Positions 26,521 through 40,306 of a stretch of 64,000 bases of DNA are shown here, piece after piece. The notes beneath the pieces were generated by a model. That model made no database searches and was not told the origin of the DNA. It was given only the letters and a program-made list of their open reading frames with translations. The translations under genes were made by a program, and so were the position numbers. Every line of letters starts with the position of its first letter. Position 1 is the first letter of the stretch. This DNA is from Eukaryota sp. GEM-RC1. Its lineage: Eukaryota. The stretch lies in contig JAUFOQ010000001.1 in the NCBI GenBank assembly GCA_040285855.1, positions 1,054,001-1,118,000 on the forward strand. The letters run 5' to 3'.

Positions 26521-29500
26521 TTGAGGGAAGTCAGCTCATCGGAATATGCTTCTGATAGCTCTTCATCATCATCTTCGTCATCCGGTGTAAGCCCTGATCC
26601 GTCAGGCAACCAAAGTCCCCCATCCAATACGGAAGGCGGAAGTCATTCTCTCCCATCTTCGGAAGGCAGAGATAGGACTGGTGTAAGACCCTTATCCTTT
26701 ACGGAAGGCGGCAACCCGGAGGACCTAAGACCCCCATCCAATACGGAAGGCGGCAGTCAAGGAGGTTCTACTTCTTCAGCTTTTGACATTGAGTCTTTGC
26801 TGAACAAGTGAAGACCTCCTGGAGGTTACCAGCAACGTTACGCTGCCACTTCCTCAGCCGTAACTAACCAAGAAATGGTTTCCTCCACTCCTCAGGTATC
26901 CTCACAAGGTACTCCTCTTAGTACCTCTTTTCAAAATAGTGTAGTTTTAGATAATAAAGATAATGTATCGGACAGTATTCCAGCTTCTCCTGTGAGATCA
27001 GCTGAAGTAGCAAAGGCAATTCGTCTTCTAGAAGAATCCTTAGCTAAGAGTAAGACCATGAGTGCAGAAGTTAGCAACAAACTTCTTGCTGAACAGGAAC
27101 ATAACCTTCAAAGAATGCAAATGTCTGCTGAAGACCGTGCTCGTGAAGTACAAAGACAAGTCGGGAGTGTTGGTATGGGTTTCCACCCTGATGCCATCCC
27201 TGATAGTCGAATTCCTTGGGTAAGTCCTCATGATCAGAACGTTTCAATTTCTGACTCTGATATGTGGCACCTAGCAAAGTTCCGTCCATGGCATCCAGTA
27301 CTCAGGAACCGTATGCCAGAAGGTAGGCATTATCTTCTGCGCAACGTTCCACCTGGTACCCTCACCTGAAGTTATTGAACAATTTCTAGGAAGTTGGTAC
27401 AACAGGGAGTCTGAAGACACTTACAGGTACCCAGCTGTCAGTTCTTGGGATCCTCGTCATGGGATCATCATTGAACCTCTTGAGCCAAAGTATGACGCTG
27501 ATGGTATGTCTGTGGTGTACGAGTACACTGCGTGGTATCAGCACTGTTTGCATAAACAGTCGCAGATTTATCACAACGTGGCCATAAGTACTGAGTGGTT
27601 GTCCCCCAATCACAATTACAGTCACTTACCGGTTTCGACGTTCCAAAACGGAAACTCGACTACTCGTGTCCCGAATGTTGAGTCCACTCGAATCATACCT
27701 TTTCAAGGTATTGGTGGCTCTCAGAAAGTTCTTCCACTTGCAGCTGATGCTCTAAATGAGAATGCAACTGACACTCCAAAACAAGACGAGCTAAGCCGAA
27801 CTCAACGACTTACTCCCTTTGCTCCAGGTGAAATCGAACATCCTGAAGTTGTTGACAGGTTCTCAATTGATTCGTTCGGTTTCAGATCTCGTAATGATCA
27901 ATCGACCGCCAAATTCGACCAAGAGAAAGCTTGTCCCCGTTATGTTGCCCGAATGGAACATGAAAATGTTTATCGCAAACCAGAATTCTTCGCTGATGGT
28001 CACAACAATACCGAATCGTCGGTAATCTCTAAAGAAGAACTTCTACGCCCTCGAAAGGAACGCACCGAAAGAATGATTGCCGAAGAGAAACGTCAGCGAG
28101 AAAGAGAAGCTCAATCGGTTGTGATTGATGATTTACCTCTCCCAATCGAAAATCATTTAAATCAAAGTTCTTCGTCTGAAGATGAACTCCCTGATAATGT
28201 TCTCCATGATTCCGCCATCCTTGCATCTGGTGTTACTCCCAAAGCAAAAAAACCAAAACAGAAAGATTCGAAACATCGCCCCTTTTTGAAGAACGACACC
28301 CGTGCTGAGGTGGTCAAATTCCCACATGATTTCAGCCACTGGTTTGTCCATACAAGGAAACAACCAGCTTACAGAGGCTTCAGCATGTGGCTTGGCAAAC
28401 CCAAGAATAGGTTTGATTTCGCCAGAACAGCCCTTTGTGAAGTGGACCCAGAAGGAGTAAGTGGTTTCATTGACCAAACAACCCTGTCCACTTGGAAAAT
28501 GATGGATGCTATTGGTAACGACACTGATACTGTTTCCCTAGAACAATCCATCTGGAGACTGCTAGTCGACAAAAGCCAATTCTCTTCAACAACCGCAGCA
28601 TCGAGTGCTCTGAAATCCATCCGTCTAGGAAGTGCTAAAGACCCCCTTGAATGCATCGAGAACTATCTCTGCAACATAATCCGGTCTCTAAAGTGCTCGA
28701 TGGCAATTCCCACCATCTCGAGCGATCCAACTGATAGGGATCACCTCCATGCGTCAATAGTCGCCGACATCATCTTGGCCACTCTCAACCCTAAACAGGA
28801 CATTGTTGCTCTGAATGAGTTACATGTCCGTTGGGATCAAAAGCTGAAGTCGGATGATAGCCTCCTTCCCCGATTTTTCAACGAAGTTAAAGGAATTTGG
28901 ATCACCTACATGAGATCTACTGCTGTAGCGGCTCCTCCTGCTAACCGTCGTGATATGAGACATGGCCCACCTAGAAATCGTGGTCCCCAATCTAGAAGAA
29001 ATGACCCCCCAAATGCTAAGACCTCAGTTAAGTGTTACAACTGTGGCAAACCAGGTCATTTTTCCTCTGAGTGCCGTCGTAATAAGAACAATATGACCTC
29101 CAGAGACCAAAGTGGAAAGCCCCTAAAACGTAGGTCCGGTGATAGCTTTAGAGGTCAATCAGACCAATCTAATCGTAATTTTAACAATAAATCAAATAAC
29201 TATATTTTTCAAATATCAGTTGACAACACAAAACACGCTACACCAGTAAAGTACATGAACCCATTGGCTGCTTTGAACACACATTTAAGCAAGGGTAGAA
29301 GTACGTCATCTGTTGAAACAATTCGCAGTCTCAACCAGAACCTAGGGATCGAGTCAAAGGATAACGGTTCCTTATGTATTCGATTGTTGATTAACAATGA
29401 GCCCGTGATAGGTGAGTTTGACTCTGCAGCTTCGTGCTCAGTCATTTCTCAAGATTTAGTGCGTCACTGTGAGATGACAACTACTGACAGTTGTATTGAA

Positions 29501-31016
29501 TACATCTCAGCGAACAACATTCGCGCAACATCCTTAGGTAGTGCATTAGGTGTTCTGACGTTCAACGTTGGTAGTCTAGCTAACCAGATTCATATTAAGC
29601 ATACTCTCCCAGTAGTACCTGGTACCAAAATACTCCTGATAGGCAGAGACTTACAAGAAGAACTGGGATTACTAACGAATGATGGTTTAGTCATTAGATT
29701 AGACAAGGAGCATCGCACTATTCTCAGTGCAGAGAGTGTATTCGATGGTAGAATGAAATCACCATGCGAATCAATCAATAGTGTTCAATCAAATTCCTCA
29801 ACAATAAATTTAAATATTGATTTGTACGGCAACACTCAAACTGACATCAGTTTATTTGAAGAGATCATTGACAACTCTGGTTGCACGATAGAATTGGATG
29901 ACCCTAATAGAAGAAAGGAGCTTCTGAGCCTACTCAGTAAATACAAACAAGTGTTCTCTGAGGAGATACATCCAGATGGTATCGAATGTCCACCGATGAC
30001 CATCCCTTTTTATGATGAAACTGTCACTGTATTTCGTCCTCCTAGAAGGCTTAACCCTGAAAAACAGCGTATAGCCGAAGAAATTTTTAATGAACTTATA
30101 CGACAAGGATGGGCTGTACCATCGACTGGTAAGTTCAGTAGTCCCATTGTGCTTGTTGTCTACAACGACCACAAAAAGAAGCCTCGTTTGACTGGTGACT
30201 TCAGTGGACCAGACGGGATTAACGCTAATACCAGACCGGTGAAACCAAACTTACCACGGATCTGTGATGTTCTAGAGTTCCTTTCGAAAGCAAATTTCAT
30301 TGGAACACTTGACCTTCCTAAAGCATTCTGGCAGCTAAAGGTAGCTGAGGAAGATGTCGAGAAGACCAGTGTATCTATACCTGGAATGTCAATTAGCTTC
30401 AAACGAGCATGTTTTGGTTTGAAAAACGTACCAGCAATTTTCCAAAACATCATGATGGAAATATTCGATGTGGAAGGTGTATTCATTTATATAGACGATA
30501 TAATTGTAGTAGGTGACACTTTCGAACAGTTTATTTCAAGAATAAATCTAGTACTGGAACGAGCAGAACGTTTTAGAGTACGGATTGGATTACGGAAGTG
30601 TAGGTTCACCACTTCAAAACATCCTAATAAGATTCTGGGCAGCAATTTTTGCAACAAAACCCGTAGCATTGATGAGAACAGAGTTTCGGCTTTAATTGAG
30701 CTTCCAGCTCCCTCAACATTACCCGAGGTAAGAAGTTTACTTGGTGCATTAAATTATGTTCGTGAATGGATTCCGAATTATTCAAATTTGACTGCCCCAA
30801 TCAATGAACTCACTCGTGGAAAACCCAAGAAAATTCTTTGGACGAAAGACCATGATGCTTTACTTACACAATTAAAGTCTGAGATAAAAGATCACATGGC
30901 ACTTGATTTACCTGATACTGATAAGAATATTATCATATCAACTGATGCATCCAACATTGCGGTTGGTGGTGTGATCTGGCAGGAAGAAAATCCCCCAGCT
31001 CCTCCAGGTACTCCGT
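26521..31016 (+). mobile_element. Ty3/Gypsy gag-pol: long N-terminal extension, gag, CCHC knuckle, protease, RT; truncated early in RNase H
   Basis: 1192-aa ORF with CYNCGKPGHFSSEC, FDSAAS, LDLPKAFWQ, FGLKNVPAIFQ, YIDD, STDAS. Upstream ORFs 26521 and 26875 are homologous to 53150-54550. Confidence 0.92.
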
Positions 31017-31081
31017 TATGTACATTTTTTAAACCACTAGTGACTTCACAACGACGGCAACAGTGTCAGTACAGAGTCTTC

Positions 31082-31169
31082 TGATACCTGTTGGTGAAAG
31101 AGGTAAGATAAAGGTGTTTATAAAGTGAAATAATCCTACTTGATACTATACAATTACCTTTGGCTAACA
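31082..31169 (-). mobile_element. LTR copy flanked on both sides by the 4-bp TSD cttc
   Basis: cttc at 31078-31081 and 31170-31173; sequence identical to 26000-26087. Confidence 0.75.
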
Positions 31170-31403
31170 CTTCTACAAAATAGTGTGTATCTATATTCTT
31201 GTTATAGTACTACTCATACATTGTTTTCCACAAGAGTAGACTCAGATGACTCCTGAAGACTTCTCGTCGATACAATCCTATTTGGGGTGTAAAATATCTC
31301 TGAACATAGTCTCAGAGGGTTAATAGGCAAGTAAGAAAGTTTCTGAATAATTTCGTGGCTGATTTTTGTTGAAATGTTTAATCTCCTCTCTTGACCTCTC
31401 TCG

Positions 31404-34400
31404 ATGCAAAATCGTCCTTGTTTCATCTGTAAGTCTGTGGCAAGTGATTGCGTTGTCGTTTGCTGTAATCGCTATGTTTGTCCAGGAGAATGTCTCAATG
31501 AGTGGAGATCAAGGACTTATCCGTGTAGTTCTTGTTCAAGTTCTAGTGTATCTTCCCCTTCCCTCCTTAGTTCTTTCTCCCGTCCATCTACATCTTCTCT
31601 TCCACATATAGTCACTCCCATCATCTCGTCTCCTAAATCGATTCACCTACAACAGTCTCTCTTTGTCTTGGTCAATTCCCACTTACTTAGACATCTGTAC
31701 AAGCCCCTGCTCATGCAACACCATCAACCTCCTCCTGTTAAGTCTTTGTTAGAAACACTGTTCTCCTTCTTTAAAAAGGTTGGTTATACTAGTCAAAGAT
31801 TCTGGGAATCTGCTTTTCTAGCAATTAAGGTGTTTTTTGAGAGAAACACGGTATCCATCAGTAGCAAAGATCTCGTACTTGTAGGTTTATTTTCTTTACT
31901 CTTCAAAGTAGACGTTAGATATCTATTTCTTTTCATAGATAAGTCATTTAGACTTCAGGATATAGTTGATCATTCTTCAAGAATTTCCCATGCCAAGATT
32001 TTTCTTAACCGGCGTCATCTCTCTCCTGTACGATTTCGAGGTTATTCCCAAAATAACAATTATATTCTGCACCTTTTACTTGATCCTTCGTCTCCTTTTG
32101 TTTTACCACTTCTTAGACGTCTTGATCTGGTCTTCGATTATTCTCAAGGCACATTTCATTCCTGTTGTACGTCTCTCATGACTAACAATACAATCATTGA
32201 ATTAAGTATTGAGGTTAAATCTCTGACTTCATCTGGGGCTACTTCTCTGGCTGAAGTGTTTTCGTCAAATAACACTTTGAAAAAACTGACTTTGACTTCA
32301 TCATCTTCACTTGGAAATGAAGAATCTCTGATTTTATTTACTTCAATTTCAAATAATTCAGTGATTGAAATCTTGAATTTGACCGGTATTCAGATTGAGG
32401 ATCCGGCTGTTCTGGAACCACTTTTAACGAGTTCAAGTCTAAAATATATATGTTTCCCTAGTCGATGCTTTATCGACTCTTCTGTTTGCAATGGTCTCAA
32501 GAATAGTTCCTTGCTTAAAACAGTAACATTTAATGACAGTGTTGTCAGTGGTAAAGAACTGGCTCAGGTTTTACATACTCCTAATTCTTTAAGAAAATTG
32601 GAATTACAAAACTGTAATGTTTGCTTATCACCAGTGTTTGATTCTCTTCAACTAAATACATCTGTAGTAGAGTTAGTTATCTCGAATTCTAGTGCATCAC
32701 TCAATAACAAAGATTTTGAATCACTTGCCAAAATGCTACAAATTAACACGTGTTTACTTTCTATAAATCTTGTCGGAATTCGATTCAAAACGTCACAGTT
32801 AAAATGTATACTCAAATGCCTGAAATACAATTCAGTTCTTAAAAAAATCAGATTCAGTGAATGTGATTTGTGTTCTTTAATAATGATATTTGGAAGCAAA
32901 AACTGTCAATGAATTTAATATTTCGTTTGAATTGTTTCCTCACTTTATTGACGTTAAAAAAGCAGTGTTTTGTTTTTCACCAGAAAGCCCTATTGAAATA
33001 ACTGTGGAAGAAGTCTCGTCTCTAAAGTCATTTGTAGATAGATTCAATATCAAAGAGCTTACTCTTAAGAGCTGTATTTTTACTGCAGAAGCAATCACTG
33101 TTTTGTGTAATTTACTCAGAAACAGTAAATTGACTTCTGTTGACTTCAGTCACAATGAAACGTCATCTCGATTACAGTGCTCCGGACTTGTGGTGCCCGT
33201 CTTCTCTACTTCACAACAATCTGATGACACGACTCAAAAATGTCGTGTGACTCTTATTGGAAATGATTCCAATTCTCATTTACAACATGTTAGTCTCAGT
33301 AATATTTCAATCGGATTTGATTGTATGTTGATCATTTTTGAAAAACTTTCATTGTTCAAATTTACTCCATCTTTTATAATGTCTGCCACATTTATTGATT
33401 TTTCTAATGGTACTATCTATTACCCAAGACAGATTAACAATTTTGAATTAATTGCACTTTTGAATGCTTTAAAGTCCAATGTCCCAATTAAACGTGTTGA
33501 ATGTCATGGATTTGAAAGTCCAAGCCTAGCAGGACTTATTGCTTTATTTGAAATTCTTTTTATCAACAAATCATTAATAGATTCTGTTATTTCTCCTCAC
33601 ATCATTGAACATGGATTGTTTTCCTTCTTTCCAGAAAATTTGACTCAAATTACTGCTGAAGAACTCTCATCTCTGCGGTTGTTTGTAAATAGATTCCGTA
33701 TCAAAAATCTTAATATTAAGAACTGTACCTTTAATGAAAACACACTCTCTGTTTTGTGTAATCTTCTCACGAACACTAAATCATTGACTTCTGTTGACTT
33801 CAGTCTCGAAGACAGGTCACGTTCACGGCATTCAGTAAATCCTGTCAATCGAGATCCGTACTTGGTATCTGATTCTCATCCATCTGTACAATCCGTTTCT
33901 TACTCTCATGGAATTATTCATTACCAAAGAAAGGTTGAAAACAGTAATTTAATTGAACTTTTAAATGCACTAAAATCAAATGTTCCTATCAAACGTTTTG
34001 AATGTCGTGGTTTTGAAAGTCCAAGATTAGAAGGAATTGTTGCTCTATTTGAAATTCTTTCCATCAACAAGTCTTTGGTCGATGTTAATCTTTTCCATCA
34101 TTTGATTGATTTGTCTCTTGGTTCCATACATTACCAAGGATATGTTGAATACATTAGTTTAATTTCAATTTTAAATGCACTAAAATCAAATGTCCCTATC
34201 AAACGTGTTGAATGTCGTGGATTTAAAAGTCCAAGTTTAGTAGGACTAATTGTTTTGTATGAAATTTTATCCTTCAACAAATCATTGATTGATCTTGATA
34301 TTTCTTCTCACATCATTGATGTTGAAAAAGGTGTATTTTGTTATTCTCCAAACAATTTTACTGAACTAACTTCTGAAGAAGTCCAGTCGTTACAGTCATT

Positions 34401-35079
34401 TTTAGATAGATTCAATATCAAAGAGCTTACTCTTAAACATTGTACTTTTACTGAAGACACGATCACTGTTTTGTGTAATCTACTCAAAAATATTACTTCA
34501 CTGACTTCTGTTGACTTCAGTCACGAAGAAACGTCACATACTTTGCGATCTAATTTCTTCAGTCAGTATGAAACGTCAGCCCGAATTGAACCTATTTTTG
34601 GATGTGAATTGACACTGTTATCTGACCTTGTTCCAATCAAAAAATCTATTGTGTCTCATAAATTAATAAGCTCCAGTCATTCCAACTCTGATTTAAGAAG
34701 GTTCTGTCTTAATAAGCATCAGATTGGATTCAATGATCTATTGACCATGTTTAAAAAGCTCATAACTACCAAATTGTCAACAACTGTAAAAATTTCTTCA
34801 CATGTTATCAATTTTTCTCAAGGATCTATTCTCTACCAGGGAGTGATTGAAAACCATGACTTACTTACAATTGTGAATGCTTTAAACTCCAGTATTCCAA
34901 TTAAACGCGTTGAATGTCGTAGATTTAAAAGACCAACTTTAGAAGGACTTATTACATTATTTGAAATTCTTTCCATCAACCAATCATTGTTAGATCTTGA
35001 TATTTCTCCTCACCTTATTGACGTTGAAAAGGAGTGTTTTGTTTTTCACCAGAAAGTTTCACTCGAATTTCTCCTGTAG
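31404..35079 (+). CDS. RING-like finger + F-box-like N-domain + degenerate LRR / long internal-repeat protein (frameshift near 32890; decays to about 35600)
   Basis: CFIC..CCNRYVCPGEC..CSSC; LQQSLFVLV..FFKKVGYTSQRF; four NALKSNVPIKRVECxGF.SP.L.GLI.LFEIL units and repeated FNIKELTLKxCxFT units. Confidence 0.75.
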
Positions 35080-35862
35080 AAGTCTCATCTCTAAAGTCAT
35101 TTGTAGATAGATTCAATATCAAAGACCTTACTCTTAAGAACTGCAATTTGACTGAAGAAACAATAATTCATTGACTTCTGTTGACTTCCGTCACTGTAAG
35201 ATGTCTTCAATCACGTCATTTAAGTCGTCGTCATTTATTGATTTATGACTATCTTTCGCTTGTACAGACAGACGACGTCATTCAAAAATTCACCAGTCCG
35301 ATTATCGCTTTATAAGTATCAAATTCAGTTATAACTCAATTAGCTATAGTGGTTTTTTGACCATTATTGGAAACTTTCAGCTATCATATCTACTCCAAAT
35401 TTTCAAATTTCTTCCCGTATTATTGATTTTTCTCGTGGTATTATTAATATACAACTGTTACATAGCATTTTATCTTCTTTTTTAAATGCTATGAAATCAA
35501 ATAGTCTTATTCAACGTGTTGAACTTATTTCGTTGTAAAATTTCGAGCTGTTTTCAAATTATTGACTAATCGTGATGTTTTGTCCGACATAATTGATATT
35601 TCAAAAATGGAGTTTTATTTTCTGTTGAAAGAACCGGTAATATACACATCTCTGGTGATCAAGAACACTAATCTTTATTGTATTATGTGGTTTTATCAAA
35701 AACCAGTAGTCATTTTTTCTTGTGCACTTTAGTTAGATTAAAACATGATTACATTATGGTAAGTTCTAATTGCAGTGTGACTTCTAAAGTGATGAGCGAA
35801 TTTTTACATTCAGTACTTAATAAACCATTTTCTGCAATTTAATCAAATTAATCAGGCTCAAG

Positions 35863-35938
35863 TAAGATTCACGAGATGTCAGTTTATCTACTGGTTCTAT
35901 TAAGACTCACGAGATGTCAGTTTATCTGCTAGTTCTAT
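35863..35938. repeat. 38-bp tandem duplication
   Basis: taagattcacgagatgtcagtttatctactggttctat followed by taagactcacgagatgtcagtttatctgctagttctat. Confidence 0.85.
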
Positions 35939-36665
35939 TAAGCTTGAAAATCATTTCTTTATCTTATAACTGGTTTCAACGAACAAATCTACTCACGAAA
36001 TATTTTAATGATTCAATTGGTTTACCAAGGCCTTTCCAATTAACTGTCAAACAAGGCTCAAAAATATATTCATTTCATTGCTATTTTATATCAGCTATGA
36101 CAAACTGTTGCAAAATTGTTGTAAAGTCTAAATTTGAACATCTCATAATTCGTGTGTTATTGGCTAAGTTACTGAGTGTGAAGTACGCTTTCGCACTCAC
36201 ATTTTCTGAAGAATTACTTACCAATCTTTGAATACAATAACTCAGATTTGTGTATAAATACAATCCATCACATGTAGTATTCATTTTCATGTTGCGATAC
36301 TGTATCCTTATCGAAACTAAATAAAAACGCCCCCTTGCAGTTTACTTGTACTTTATATCTCAACAAATTGGAACTAATATTTTTCAACCTTGCAATCAGT
36401 AGTGCTATTACGGTTAAAGTTGTTAAGCACACTGTTATATAGCAGTGCTACTTGTTATGAAGAGGTTTTCCGCTAGTATTTCTAAACGAAATGTGGAGAA
36501 CGTCATGAAAGTCACAGAAATTGAGCTTAGATGATGAGTTTGTCTGTTAAAGATCGCTCATTATGCCTTTCCAGGTCGAAAGTCACGTTAAAGATGACTA
36601 TTTGAGTCAATTCAAAAACAGGTCTAGAAATTGATGATGGAATTTTCACACCTAGACTTTTGCTC

Positions 36666-39000
36666 ATGGATTGTTTCAACTGCTGTAATTCATTCAACCT
36701 TTCTGACCGCCTACCATTGCTACTGTGCGAACTTGGGCACACTATATGCTCTGATTGTGCTTCTTCCTTAAATCACTGTCCAATTTGCCGAAAGAAATGT
36801 CTTTCCCAGAAAAACGTGAACTTTGCTCTCAGAGACCTTGTGGAGGCAGCTCGGAATGGCGATCTATGTCCAGAAATCCCATCGGATCAAGTTGAACTCC
36901 TTGATCAGATCGCCGAAGGAGGTTGCGCTGTGGTGTATGCTGCGGAGTGGTGCAAGCTTCCAGTTGCTGTTAAAATGGTCTCTCTCACTGAAAAGGGAAG
37001 AATCAAACTAAAGAAGGAGATGAACCTTCTTGTTCACCTAAATCACCCTGCTGTTCTCCGTGTCTATGGTCTCTGCTCTTGGGAAGATCGTATCGGAATC
37101 GTAATGGAAAGAGCTTCTTCTTCCCTTCCCTCCCCCAACTCTTTCTCTTTCACCACTGTCGAATATGCCAAGGAACTATGTCAAGGTGTCAGCTATCTAC
37201 ATCGTAAGTCTGTTGTCCATGGAGATCTTAAGCCGGGGAATGTGTTAATGGTGGACAATAGAATCAGGATAGCTGATTTTGGAACTTCTAGGAACATTGC
37301 TTTGACTTCAACTGTTCCTAAAACTGCTGCAATGACTGTAAAATATGCTGCTCCGGAGCAATTCGATAACATTGCCACCCCCCTCAGTGATGTTTATTCA
37401 CTTGGAGTTGTACTCTATGAATTGTTTCAAAACAAGGAAGCATTTGAAGGAATGTCCATGTATGGTCTTCTTGGAGCTAAACAACGGGGAGTTCGATTAC
37501 CTTTTGATAAAACTGTTCCAGCTCAATTGGCCAATGTCATTCAACAATGTCTAAATGCGGATCCAATTCTACGACCTAAAATTTCGCAAATTATTAAAAT
37601 TTTGGAAAGTTTAAATCTTCCTAAACCTCCCCCTCCCCCCTGACCAGTCTGCATTACTGCAAAAACTAGACCATCTTGAAGCGAAAAACCAAACTCTTGC
37701 TGATCAAATTCAACTGTTACAAGCTAAGAACAAGGAATTGATTGATGAAAATACTGATCTACAAATAGTAATTTTTGATCTTTCTCAACATTCAGATTTT
37801 ATTTCAAATTTAGAAATTGAATTTAAACGTGAGAAACAGTCTCTAACTGACACTAACCATCAATTGCTGAACGAAATCAACTCATTGAAGAACCAAGTTG
37901 GAAGTTATCGAAATCAGAACATTAGTTCTTATCTACCTTTTGAAAAACCCTCTAGAGTGGCAGATTCAACTAGTGAATCTCTAAGTTCGAGTCATAATCC
38001 TTGTAGAAATAATGAGGTAAACATACAGAAGAACATGAATTCGTTGATTTTTGACGATGGTCAGTGGGAGAAGCTGAAACCAGAAGTAAAACAAGTGTTG
38101 ACTCAAATGAGAGCTGCCAGTATTACAGTTATTAGACTGAGTAAAAAGTCTCTTGGAGGTGATGATGTCAGAGCTTTGGCCAAGGCACTGAAAGTTAATG
38201 CTTCTGTTACAAGTGTTAGTCTGGATGGAAACTCTGTTGGTGGTAGAGGTGCTAGAGCTTTGGCAGGGGCACTGAAAGTTAATGCTTCTGTCACAAGATT
38301 TAGTTTGAATGGAAACTCTATTGGAGATGATGGTGCCAGAGCTTTGGCAGAGGCATTGAAAGTTAATGCTTGTGTTACAAGTATTAGTCTAAATGGAAAT
38401 TCTATTGGCGGTGAAGGTGCCAGAGTTTTGGCAGACGCTCTGAAAGTTAATGCTTGTGTCACAAGTGTTAGTTTGAATGGAAACTCTATTGGAGATGATG
38501 GTGCCAGAGCTTTGGCAGAGGCATTGAAAGTTAATGCTTGTGTTACAAGTATTAGTCTAAATGGAAATTCTATTGGCGGTGAAGGTGCCAGAGCTTTGGC
38601 AGACGCTCTGAAAGTTAATGCTTGTGTCGCAAGTATTGGTCTGAGTAATAATTCTATTGGAGATGCTGGTGCAAGAGCATTGGTCAAGGCACTGAAAGTT
38701 AATGCTTCTGTTACAAGTGTTGGTCTGAGTGTTAATTCTATTGGAGATGCTGGTGCAAGAGCTTTGGCAGGGGCACTGAAAGTTAATGCTTCTGTTACAA
38801 ATGTGAGTCTGAAAGGAAACTTTCTTGGTGATGATGGTGCCAGAGCTTTAGCAGATGCGTTGAAAGTCAATTCTTTTCTTACAAGTATTAGTCTGAATAA
38901 TAATTCTATTGGTGATAGAGGTGCCAGAGCTTTGGCAGAGGCACTGAAAGCTAACCACACAGTTGAAGTAGTCGGAGTAGATCAACTCAATTACCCTTAA
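36666..39000 (+). CDS. RING - kinase - coiled coil - RI-like LRR protein (frameshift in the C-run near 37630)
   Basis: MDCFNCC..RLPLLLCELGHTICSDC..CPIC; HGDLKPGN, DFG, YAAPE. The next ORF 37738..39000 has a coiled coil and about 10 LKVNASVTS.SL.GNSIG repeats. Confidence 0.85.
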
Positions 39001-39839
39001 TTAGCTTTTAGAAAGGTTGTAGCTCGTAGAACTAACAAAATATTTGATCGTTCTTTTGGCAGAACCGAATTGTCTTTACGATTCTAAAGGCAGTTCCCAC
39101 AATGATTTCAAAAGCTTGGTTACCCCTAGGTGTGTTTTATGAAGACAAGGCTTCAACAAGGTTCGATTCGAAGGAATCTTGTTTTGATGACATTGAGTAT
39201 TAGATCATCTGTTCTTTGTTTTCGAATAAATGAATTATGGTTAAAAAATATATCAAGATCTATGATGGATTTGTTACAGTAGGGGTAAGGTACAATTGAG
39301 TGTTTTACAAATGAAACACTTGTCGTCAAGACCCACTCAGACATCAACTCTGAATTTGCCAACAAATTATTCAAAGAAGTGGCTGGGAGTCAGTTCAGGA
39401 CTCTTCGTAATTTAAGTGGCCTTCAGGATTTTAAGAACGTGAACATTTCTTAACATATTTGTTTCACTGAAAAGTAGAATCGGCTCTAGCCAAAAGGCAA
39501 TCAAGGAAAACAGTAACAGGGATAAGCGTACAATGATACGAGAAAATATCAGACTACGTGACACGTAATTACAACGTGGCAACACAACCCTTTTTCCCTG
39601 ACTAGCAACTCTGGTAGTTTTGTATTATGATAATAGTATCATCTTGATACTATCGAAAGAATTTTGACATTTACGATTCCATCCCAATTTACGACCCTTT
39701 TGAGTCATCTCATGGAGGCGTTTTTTGATATCAAAACCATGTATTCACCAGTATTTCCGAAATCTTTCCCACGTTAGACTTTTCGAATCATTTGTGTGTA
39801 GAATCCCAAGCTAGTGTAGATCAATGGAAGCTGTACAAC

Positions 39840-40146
39840 TCCAACCTTCTATCTAACTCTGGTATACATCAACAAGTTGCACCGGGTGATAAGGGAGAAC
39901 ATGTCATCATCCAAGTGTTGGAACAGTTCCACTCACATCAAGGACTTCTGTGTTCGGTTAGGGTTCGGTGGTATTGTGAAGATATCACGACAGCTGCTTC
40001 TGCAAGCATTAAAAACACTAAAGCTCATTTTAGAGTTCATGAATAATAATAATAATCATCCCTCGAGTCAAAACAAGTCATTGAATTCCAATATAACTCC
40101 CATAGCTAAGAGAACTCGAAGTAGAAGAATCACTGCAGGAGAATAA
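39840..40146 (+). mobile_element. Gypsy chromodomain-end relic
   Basis: GDKGEHVIIQVLEQF..CSVRVRWY..SIKNTKAH..TPIAKRTRS resembles the 26151 and 56430 peptides. Confidence 0.6.
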
Positions 40147-40306
40147 TAGCAATAGTCATAGTCAGAAACCATCTTAATTGCATGGGTTTCGGCACAACAA
40201 TACCACTCTTCTACTTCTCTGGGGTTCTTCTCTGCCCCGATTCCATTTTTAGTTATCTCACTTATTTAAACAGACATTAACCTCAAACAATATATGTAAT
40301 ACTAAA

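Noticed and set aside
26151..26627. 158-aa ORF as a standalone gene
   Set aside because: Its first ~35 aa are antisense read-through across the inversion junction; the rest is the pol C-terminus.
7387..31016. Diversity-generating retroelement explanation for SPRY variability (an RT is nearby)
   Set aside because: The RT is a Gypsy pol. No near-identical template/variable repeat pair with adenine-only differences was seen, and the loops include indels.
38150..38960. 84-bp periodic repeats resembling a CRISPR array
   Set aside because: In-frame coding LRR units with no unique spacers and no cas genes.
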